Source: Catajapyx aquilonaris (lineage: Eukaryota). From it: a stretch of 20,361 bases of DNA. The position numbers and the translations under genes are program-made. Position 1 is the first letter of the stretch. Each line of letters begins with the position of its first letter. The DNA is taken from positions 62,001 to 82,361 of the forward strand of contig JYFJ02001343.1 in assembly GCA_000934665.2 (NCBI GenBank). Direction: 5' to 3'. The notes under the pieces were generated by a model. It worked only from the letters and a program-made list of their open reading frames with translations, did not search any database and had not been told where the DNA came from. Positions 5,255 to 14,782 of the stretch are shown piece by piece.

Positions 5255-8060
5255 AGGTATATCGTAAGTTGCTTTATTGAAGCATCTATAAACTTTCCTG
5301 TGAACTAAGGCAATTTGTTCTCCCACTCTCTATCTGAAATTTGTGCCATTCCACCATAATTCACTCCACCGCATCCAAGATCATTAGGCAACATTCCTAC
5401 ATGACTTCCGACAATAGAGATATTATCCATCAGTGTAAAACAGGTGCAGTATGAAAAGAGAAGATATGGTGTCAAAACCAGAAATATTCTGTAAAATATA
5501 ACTTCATAGTACACAAAGCCATGGAATATTGAAACATTTCACCAGCACTTGATGGTGCTTTTTTTCCCGCCTTATTCACATGAAAAATTGGGACTTTTAA
5601 AATTACAGGGGAGGTGAGGATAAGTGAAAAACAAATGGTAACATATGTATAACAGAGTAAAATGGCCTTGTCATAAGATTGATTATTGTGGGAATATTAG
5701 TAAGATTATTATAATATTCTTTTCTTCTACATGCCTAAGCAAAAGCTGAAAACATGTGTCCACGTGTAACTTGTACTTCTCTCTATGACTGCTTTTGTTG
5801 CCACTAAAAAGGTGGTGGTGAGTGTTGGTTGTCAGGGGGGGGCAGGGATTAGGAAGGTGGATGTTGGAGGAAGGACATGGTGTGTAGAACCCAATTCACC
5901 TAGGCTTTTGATCAAAACAGGAGTGGGAAGAGCAAGCTCCTCATTTTATGTTTCTGTCTCTCTGCGTTTATATATATATACATGTGTGTAGCAATGGCTG
6001 ACCTACTCACCCCTCTATAAAGCAGTGCGCACACCTGATGAAGGGATTGCCAAGTTGCCCCATCCTAAATCTCACCACAGTATTCATTTTTCCCAGCATA
6101 CGTGGAACTTGGCCCAGGCCAACCAGGGACCAGCCCTGGGTCACCAAGCATGAGCACTGGAAATCCCACGTTGTTGTTTTTACATTTAGAGTGAGCAGGG
6201 AGGGCAACTTCCGCAGAAGTGGTTTCACACTGAACTCTCTGCCCACATGTGTAAAAATTAAGGTCATCTTACAATTTACACAGGACAAGGCTACATGTCT
6301 AGAACATCTGAGAACTACTTGTGGGTTAAGAGTACAAGTTTGGAAATGGCAATCCCTTCACAAAGTGGTACAAAACAATAGACATGGTGGGAAGTGTGTG
6401 GTCATGCTTTTATTTGCTTGTTGGCAGCCAGTATATGATGGAGCAGAAATGGATGGAGGCGTCTGCAAAGTTCTGTGAATAGTGAGTGTCACAGTAGTTG
6501 TTCTTGTTGAGACCGGAAAAATGGTCATTGCACCAATCTCACTACACACGAAGGCATATCACATGTGGATTGAATTTGACCATATGCAAGCGTATCTAGA
6601 AATAGCAGCTGCGCTGGGAAGCAAGGACACTCGAGATGAAGTATCTTGTAGGTGGATTTTATATAGCAAAACTTCCCTCAAGAACCTACAAACTCCTCCA
6701 TTCACAGCCCAACTCACTATCACCTACCCCTAAATCACTGCTGTCTAGTTATATTGACTGCACCTTCTTAGAAAGTGTGTGTGCAGGCTGAGGTGAGGGA
6801 AGGGGCGGTCAAGGTTCACTTATGACACAAGAGTAGTAGTGTATGTGCACAAGGCATATTGTCTTTCTAAACCACAAATAGTCAAAGTTTTTTTCTCTTC
6901 TGTACCAGTAGTTAAACATTTGATTTTCTTTCCTACTCTGGGGACAAGGCCTGTGTACAACAAATACTCCCAAGACATGCTCTGCACGATGTGTCTGTGC
7001 AAAATGCGAGAAACAACAAAAGAGAGGACAGTGCAATTTCTACTCATTACAAGTTTGCCTCGCTAAGAGATAAACACTAAGTAGAAACTTCTATGAAACC
7101 CAAGATGGCTTTCCATCAGAGCGCTCTGATCAGAATACCAAGCCTGGACAGGGTAGAATAATCATGGCATAATAAAGAAATTATACTGATATCACTATGC
7201 AACTAGTACAATACAGGCCTAAGCAACTATAATTGGCAACATGGGGCAACGTGCAAACTGATCCCTTCTGGCGTGTGTTTTGTCCACTGAAAATGTTGTA
7301 TTTGTTGATACAGTGGTTATATCAAAATTGATTTTTTTTGCTCACTTTTTGAAAATTTTTGGCAACGTTGTCTTCAGCCCCCTTAGTACAATTTTCCCAT
7401 TTTGGCAGCTTCAGTTTGAATATACAGTTTCATCTGGACCAAAAATGTAATTGGATGTTTTGTAGCGTTGATCAGGATGAAGGGGGAAGGTTGGGGAGAA
7501 AGTGGGGGAGGGAAGGGAGAGGACAGGTTGATTGACATGACTGGTTGGTGGTGTTTGTGTGTGACAGGGTGGGAGGGGGGGGGGGCATGGATTACGGAAT
7601 TTTTCAGAGAAGGGTTGTGGGATAGGAAGCCAGCACTACCACTCAGAATTAAAGTGACTATCAGTCTTGTCAAGAGCTAGCTCTTCACTGCTTCTTTTCT
7701 GACGCTCCAAAGGTTGACTGACTGATGTTCCTCGGCGGCAATGACCTACAGGCGATGCCAACACTTTTTTTTTTTCCTTTATAACTATTATTCTGTCGCT
7801 ACTCAAAACACTACGGGCCCTGTGGGTAACTTGGAATATTCGACTAATCAGTCCATCGGGTCGGTCCACATGTTGAGTGTTTTAGCTGCTTCATCCACTC
7901 AATCTCCAACTACTTCCATCCTGGGACCTGCATCCTCACAATGCTTAGAGAAGCTCTGCTGTCCGCACGTGCTGCTGGTTGCATACTTGAGTTATACCGT
8001 GACTTTTTTGTAATATATATATCTTCACCACATTACAGTCCAAAGTTGTGTGCATAATAC
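5255..8060 (-). other. Non-coding last exon (long 3'UTR, ~2.8 kb) of the NDRG gene
   Basis: Strong acceptor ttgacttaatttcctctctttcacAG ending at 8061, paired with donor AG|GTTGGT at 8516 just after the stop. No credible ORF. Ends at the AATAAA at 5273-5278. Confidence 0.6.
5273..5278 (-). terminator. Distal polyadenylation signal of the NDRG gene
   Basis: AATAAA on the minus strand, a CA ~20 nt downstream, then GU/U-rich GTTGTTTTT (~5247-5239). Another minus-strand AATAAA lies at 6409-6414. Confidence 0.55.
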
Positions 8061-8518
8061 CTGTGAAAGAGAGGAAATTAAGTCAACTGAAGCTATGAGC
8101 TGCTAGTTGTTACAATATAACATAATGTACACTTTCAAGAGATGTTGCAGTGCACTACCAGTATGATTATCTGTGTACAAATCCAACTTTAATGGAGTAC
8201 AGTTCTAGCAATGTGTAAAGGTCAGTTGAAATTTTTATATTGCATCAAATTAAAGTGGAAGTGCAGCGGTTTGCTTTGCTTTTATGACCTTTCATGCAAT
8301 GTACAGTCAATGTTAAGAAGACAGTAGGTTTGACACCTGCACCTACTTGTTAATTTGGCCAAAAATCATGGAACTACCGGTACACTATTTGCATATGAAG
8401 CTGTCATTTTTTCCATTGCTCTGTGCTAGTTACTTTTTATGTCGTATGAGCTATTAATGGCGCAGCACTTTGATCATTTACAAGCATACTCTTGTGAAAC
8501 TTTCTGGTGTACCAACCT

Positions 8519-8749
8519 TTATTGGTCTGGCTTGTTCATGAAGGTGGGTGCGGTGATGGATAGTCGTCGGATGTTGGGCCTGTCGTACTCCTCCATGCTC
8601 ATGGTCCTCTGTCGACGAGGCCTGCCTTCTGCCGAGTCAGAAGATCCGCCTGAGAAGGTCCTCTGCCGCTCAACACCAGGCATGGTCACCGATGTCAGGA
8701 GACCCTGACCCTTCACGAATAGGAGGATGCTCTGTGCTAGCTTCTCCGG
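8519..8749 (-). CDS. NDRG: NDRG last coding exon
   Basis: Acceptor ttttcttttgttAG, PEKLAQSILLFVKGQG...RRLSITAPTFMNKPDQ, TAA at 8521-8519. Confidence 0.94.
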   Translation of the reverse strand, partial: PEKLAQSILLFVKGQGLLTSVTMPGVERQRTFSGGSSDSAEGRPRRQRTMSMEEYDRPNIRRLSITAPTFMNKPDQ

Positions 8750-11700
8750 CTAACAAAAGAAAAATATAATATTAACTTTTAAAGCTCACCCTCATGAAAT
8801 GAAATTGTATGCCTTCGCTGCATAGGCTTACAGGATGTTCAAATTCGAAATGTGTTGTTATAAAGCTGCAATGAGCTTGACAGAACTAACTGTTTGATGT
8901 TTGAGATAGTTTTCTGGGACTTTACCTTATTACATATCAACTCCAATATATGCGAGTTTATTTTTCTTACGCAACCAGTGCACTTAATACTGTACTTGCA
9001 GGCTGCATGCAGTGCCCCTCTGGATTTTTCTTTTTTTGTGTGTGTACCATATTGAGATAGTTTGTTTATTCTAAGAGATCTTGAAGATGCCTCATTACAT
9101 AACAGGTTAGGAGAAAGTCAGCTAGCTCTCGACAAGAACACTCTCGCAAGGTTTTGTTTAAGGTAGAAACTTTTCTTATGCTCTTTTTCCCCCCTTCTTC
9201 ACTAAGAGATATTATGATGCATTAGGACTTTCGTACCGCTTCGGTCATAATGTCACCGATGTCGTCGATCTTGAGCAGTGTGCAACGAGTCTTATCCATG
9301 ACAGCATGCAAGCTCAGCACTGTCTGAACATGTGCTCCCAAGGTACCGGTCACCAGCAAGGAGTCCACTTTGAGGTTGGGCAGTTGGGTCGTCACATCTT
9401 TACGGCTGAAAGCAAACAGGTCCTAACCAATTATGACTGGCCTTAAGAACAGAACATGCTTTGCTATTTTATGATCTTCATGATCCTGTTTGGGAAGAAG
9501 AGCAGCAGGACCGTTTCAGAACTCACTTGAGGAAAGCCTCGACGTATTTCTTGAGGTTCTTAGGATTGATGGAAGAGCGAAGGCGGGCTTGGAAATCCTG
9601 GATTGTTCTCTCTCGTTCCTTGGCCGTGGCGTTCTCGAGTTGCTGAAAAATACCAGGAACCGAGATTAGGCACATACCTTCCTAGCTGTCACCTCACATT
9701 CCGTACAGTGGACGTGTAGATGATGCTTTGTGTGATTTGCATTTTTGTACACGGGTGAACAATAACAAGAGTGGTAAATAATAATAATAACGTGAGCGCG
9801 GTTGTATACTGCTCGTCAAATGTGTTTCTTTCGGTTTGCTAGTTGTGCTGAGATAAAACAATTTCCCATATTAACATGCACGCAAATTCTGGAAGCAACT
9901 ATAGTACACGTGGTTCAGATCCATGCTAAGCCAGTGCTGACGTACACACACGGGACATTGACACGATACATACGTGAGACTGAGAGCCAAGTTCGTGGTC
10001 CCAATTCGGCAGGTGTCACACGGTCAGAAATAAACACGGATGTGGACACATCCCACATGTATTCCCCACGTACAAATGCGTTTTTAAATTATTTACTGCC
10101 GACTGCTTTTGAGTGACACAACACACAAGAAGTCTTAGCCAATCACGTCGGTCATTAAAATTCTAATAACAATATTCAGGCACACTTACCATCATATTGG
10201 CTGATGCGTGATTGTACTGGCAGGATTTTGTTTCTATACGTACTTGCGATGAATATCTCCGACATATTTTTGCACGCACTGTGGAGGCGGGTGTTTGCAA
10301 AATTGAAGGCCTTAAGTATGTTGAAAATTAATTCGTGAGATGGCATACTAGAATCTTAGGAAGAGATTTCATTTCATTTATTAGCCGTAAACACATTAAT
10401 GGCACCAGCAGGTTAAGGTCTCCAATTGCGCAACAATTAATTTAAACACGCTCTTTTAAATCGAATAAATGCGCATTTCACCCATCTCCACAACCCACAA
10501 AAAAAACATCTACACATTGATCTGTTTGCGTGTTGCAAAAAAGAGCAACAAAAAATGTGCGCTTTGCATTGCAAATCAAACAATGTTTACGGGAGCGGTT
10601 GAAACCTCGATTTGAAAGCGAATAGCTCAAACTTGACGCACTTGTCAAATGCAATTCGAATCCAATAGTGAGACATGATGTAAGCAAGGATTACGAGCCA
10701 ATCCCGCATTCAAGAGAGGTCCCCACCGCAGGCTAATCGAGGCAATCAATTCCGGAGGGCTATACAGTAAGACAAGTCGGTTTTATACAATGGAAAAGAT
10801 TATTCGTCCGCCTTTCAAAAGCTGGAAGCTTCCTCCAGCGAGACCCGATTAGTCGATGATGAACTCATTTGATACAGCTGCATAACTTTGATGCAAAGAA
10901 CTTAGGGCTTATGCATTCAATTTCCAGGCAAAGTTCCTAGAAACGGACTCGGTAAGTGCCGCTAGTTTTCTAGGCCAAAAATTCTTAATAAACATGGGTC
11001 CTAATTAGGCACGGGTATCTGTACGATATCTTGCTCAAGAATTAGGGAACCGCTCTAGAATTGGGGCTTAATTGCCCTTCACGCGGAAACCCGCTCTGTA
11101 AATACGGATTTTAATATTCGCTTCCCCTCCTCTTTTCCGGACGCCCCCAATCCAATCTGGATGGTAACGTCTTCCGAGGCAGGCCATTAACCCTGGCTTT
11201 TACGACACACCCTTGTCATCAACCTAAAGCAAACCTATCCGTCAGATTCGATCACGTCTAGAATTGATTTACTTGGGTGTACTTGTGTGTGTGTGGTACG
11301 GTATGTGAGCGTGTTCCCTTATGACACGGAGTTAGTCACTATTTCTAGCTATTTGGCTACGACTGTCGTCGTTAATAACAACTACTGTCCAAGTCGGTAG
11401 ATGTGATCGGAGCGTCTGTTTTGCATTGGGGGAGGGGGGGGGGGAACCAAGTTTTTAAAAATATTGTGTTGTTCGTACATGTTGCACGTTTCCGCATTCC
11501 AAGCAAGTTATGAGGGCCTTGCACCATTTTGGAATGCGAAACAATACCTTTATCCAGATCAGGGTGAAGGCAAACTGGGTGGGATCAGTGACCGAAACAA
11601 AAGGCTATTGACGAATGCGCTGGTTGACGTCAACGCGCTCACATCTACGTCGTGCACAAGCACATATAAGGCAGCGAAATGATAAAATAATAAGGGGGGA

Positions 11701-14700
11701 GGGGAAGGGGGACCTTGGAGTTTCTATTGAACGTGCACGCAACCGTCAAGGGGTACTGTGGAGTGGAGGGGGGCGACATGTATACTGTGCGCGGACCAGG
11801 TCGATAGCCCGTAATAAGATGCCGTCGACGGGATGTATAAGTCGGTTTTAATCAGTCTCAAATTCATTTCCTGGGGATAGCATGAGATATAGGTCATAGA
11901 GAGAAAGAGAAAGCCATGCTGTGAGAGGAAGCCGTGCTGAAGCTACACAAGCTGAACTATACGACTTTGATCGGAGGGCGTGGTGACCGTCTCGCCAAAG
12001 AATTAAAAGGCCCTGATGGGCAATCTGTTTAAATGTCAATGATATTTTTTTTAATGCTTCCAATTTGACCTCTGACGAGACGGCCCGGGTTCGTAAGTGG
12101 TGTTCTACTTCCCACAGGTGTCTAGAAATATACTCCTGGGGAGTATACATATAGTGGGGGGTTGGGGGGCTAGCTACCACCCTACGCCAATCCCCCACCA
12201 GTTCAACTTTACCTCCTCCAAGTTCTGTGGCAAGAGTTGCAGTGGCGCACAATAGAACATGGAATGAAAACAACAGTCATTATGTCATTACTGCTGGGGA
12301 GGGCCGAAGATAGATGAGGAGAGGTGAAGAGTGGACTCGTTTGAAGAGGGATGAAGAAGGCGGGAAGAGAGTTGGTCAACATTCTCCAAGCCATTCGGAG
12401 GACGATGTCGAAGTCGATGCTGCCATTGGTTTCCGTCAGGTCGTCATTTCTCAAGAGACATGCTTTCAGTAGAGAGCTTCGATTAATAAAGTGTCAAGTG
12501 TGTTCGTTGGAAGGGATTATTTCCAACATGCATTGAATGACTCGATTGAAAATGTGTTGTGATGCACTCATGTGCATGCAGTATTCGTTGTGGTTAAGTT
12601 GCAAAAAAACAAACAAAAAAAAGTTACAGCGAATTTATTCCTTTTTTCGTACCAATGGCAGACCAGCTTACGCATCGATCCCCCACAAAGTAGTTTCCAT
12701 TGACGGAATGAAACACCCAACAATGACAGGAGGGAATAAAAAATAGACCACACTACCAACAACAGCCAACATTACTATGCGAGCGGGGCATGCACCACTG
12801 GCATTTCAAGTTACTCCCCAATATGTAGTTAAAATATTATTATTGGTTTTTTAAAAAAGTACGTCCTTCAACCTGAAACTTGTAAAGAATGTTAACATGC
12901 TGAAAATATGTCACCAACGTTTAAAAAATATATAGAATACCTGTTGAAACCAATTTTGTGCAAGTTTTATTTGTTGAGATTAGAAATTAATTCATCAGTG
13001 GAGGTTATTCCAATCATTATTATCGATAAGCGTCGAAACATTATACTTACGTAGCCGAATTTGTGGAACACGAGGTACTGCTCCGTTCCGGGATTCATTC
13101 CAACGTTGGATAACTTTCGGTTCATCACCTGAAAGAGAAGACAATTAATTTTCACACCATCTTGGAAAATATTGCCCAGTATCGTTAACACTTAGATGAT
13201 GGGGTGGACGAATACAGCTCTCGCCGTTATCTCCATAACAACAAAAGGGCAGTAGTCATATTTTACACGGCAATCGTGTTGTGCGGCTGGCTATAAACAG
13301 GATTTTATAATGGAGATAAAAGTGGGATAGACGAGCTAGACGAGTCCACGAGTTAGACCTACGCGCACCTTGGCACCGGTTTCATAATTGGCAAAGAGCG
13401 CATATCCACCAGGTATTTATCACAAGTGCATGGGCAACCTCCGCGGAGTTCCTCTCGTACATTATTTTATCAATGACGGACACTTGGGAAAGCATTTTGA
13501 CTCGTTTGATGAACCAATTGAATGCCATTTGCTAAACTCAGGTCGTTACGCTTCATTGAAAGCGGTTATGTATTCAGCCAGTGCTTACTGCTCTTTGAAC
13601 CACTGTGCGACAAGAGCGCCACTGCACTGGGAGACTCTGAATTCCGCGAATTTTCCAATGGATTTCATCCTATTGCAGTTATGCAGGAAACGCTGAGTAT
13701 GGAATCCCCATACTTATACTGTACAAGTTGAGGGTTGCATTCGTGGAAAGTAGCCCATCTGGTTCAAATGACCCGTACTGCTGAGTTGTGATTGCTTTTA
13801 TCCATAAACTGACCCAGATTATTATTGGATGAATTAAAGCTAAATGTGATCAATAATTTTCTTTTCATTTAGCTAGGTGTAGGTCAGAAACGGCTTCAAC
13901 CATAAGAGGTAATTTTGATCCAGTTATGCCAGTGAGCGACAGTAAGTTTTCCCGTTTATAGCTTTCATCATTTTAATGTAACCACTGGTGGAGCTAGGGA
14001 GGGAGTTAAATCTTAGCCATATTACATGACGGAGTGAGGTGGCGGGTTCCCTCGGAACTGCAAAATGCTCTCGCAGTATTATTTTTATAGAACATACGCC
14101 TCATTTCAGGCTTTTAATCTTCATTAGAAGTAAGAGGCTGTAACTTTCTTGTTTCAACCTCACCTTTCTCAATGATATTAATTTACTGCCACGCCCATTA
14201 TACGTACACCAAGACCATCTTTCACGTCCTTCTCCCTTTCCAATAACAGTGTGCAAGAAATATACACTGGCACATCCCTCATGATTTTTCTGGAGATGAC
14301 AGTTGCAAATGATTTTTCCACGATAGCACCCTACATACTAATGCGAACCATGTCAGTGTGATGATAGAGTACATTGTATACCGACCTTGTCCTTGAAATA
14401 CTCCCATACTCCCGCGGGGCCGGCGGTACAGTTGATGAGGATGAGGCCCATGCAGCGTGAGAGATGCGCAACACCAAAGCGCAGCAGGATATTGGCGCCA
14501 GCGCCTTCGCCTATTCCGATCACATACTTGACGTGGAGGAAATCCAGCACCGTGACGATGTCTTCGCCCATGATCTGAAGCGTCGGGAACTGGAACCTGA
14601 GGAGGGACAGGGAAGGGGACATCAGTGATTATGGCTGGAGGCAGGTGTGGACGGGTCAACTTACTCGTCGGTCAGAGGAGGAGCATTGTCCTCCTGTCCG

Positions 14701-14782
14701 GGGATATCAATGTGGATGAACACGGAGCGCTCTTTGATCTCCGACATGCACGGGTGCTCCACAAAGTCGTGGAACACCGTGT
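8519..14782 (-). CDS. NDRG: NDRG-family protein (alpha/beta-hydrolase-fold pseudoenzyme, MESK2-like), 5'-partial, six constitutive exons visible (~306 aa)
   Basis: Exons 14782-14665, 14596-14386, 13128-13051, 9642-9527, 9405-9237 and 8749-8519 join in phase via GT-AG. Motifs: FIHIDIPGQEDNA, FPTLQIMGEDIVTVLDFLHVKYVIGIGEGAGANILLRF, GLILINCT, YLVFHKFG, INPKNLKKYVEAFLNRKD, EAPEKLAQSILLFVKGQG, RTMSMEEYDRPNIRRLS. The N-terminal TVHDLG-type exon was not found in the window. Confidence 0.95.
9237..9405 (-). CDS. NDRG: NDRG exon
   Basis: Acceptor tttgctttcAG, RKDVTTQLPNLKVDSLLVTG...LLKIDDIGDIMTEA, donor GCG|GTACGA. Confidence 0.93.
9527..9642 (-). CDS. NDRG: NDRG exon
   Basis: Acceptor gtatttttcAG, QLENATAKERERTIQDFQARLRSSINPKNLKKYVEAFL(N), donor GTGAGT. 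Confidence 0.93.
10190..10216 (-). CDS. NDRG: Candidate 27-nt alternative microexon of NDRG (YNHASANMM)
   Basis: atcctgccAG|TACAATCACGCATCAGCCAATATGATG|GTAAGT, frame-preserving, consensus donor, weak pyrimidine tract. Confidence 0.5.
12213..12224 (-). CDS. NDRG: Candidate 12-nt alternative microexon of NDRG (NLEE)
   Basis: actcttgccacAG|AACTTGGAGGAG|GTAAAG, frame-preserving in a phase-0 intron, no stop. Confidence 0.45.
13051..13128 (-). CDS. NDRG: NDRG exon
   Basis: Acceptor cttctctttcAG, VMNRKLSNVGMNPGTEQYLVFHKFGY, donor GTAAGT, phase 0/0. Confidence 0.92.
14386..14596 (-). CDS. NDRG: NDRG exon
   Basis: Acceptor gtccctcctcAG, FQFPTLQIMGED...GEGAGANILLRF...WEYFKDK, donor AAG|GTCGGT. Confidence 0.94.
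14665..14782 (-). CDS. NDRG: NDRG exon (first visible)
   Basis: Acceptor ggtttcAG, TVFHDFVEHPCMSEIKERSVFIHIDIPGQEDNAPPLTD(E), donor GTAAGT. Confidence 0.93.

Larger units (their letters stand above)
3555..5310 (+). ncRNA. Putative 5'TOP non-coding host gene: exon 1 ~3555-3726, intron 3727-5160, exon 2 5161-~5310
   Basis: TCT start. Consensus donor TTG|GTAAGT at 3727. Branch-like TGCTAAT at 5115-5121 and acceptor cctcttactttttgacAG at 5160. Poly(A)-variant TATAAA at 5287-5292. Only short unrecognised ORFs (11, 27 and 61 aa). The 3' end is approximate. Confidence 0.6.

Noticed and set aside
3555..5310. Canonical arthropod telomerase RNA
   Set aside because: No CCTAA-type template for TTAGG (nor CCTGA or CCCTAA) on the plus strand, and no clear 3' H/ACA domain or pseudoknot seen. 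It remains possible only if the species has an unusual telomere repeat.
5305..8013. Many 60-146 aa ORFs on both strands
   Set aside because: No recognisable domains or coherent exon structure. The region is best explained as the NDRG 3'UTR.
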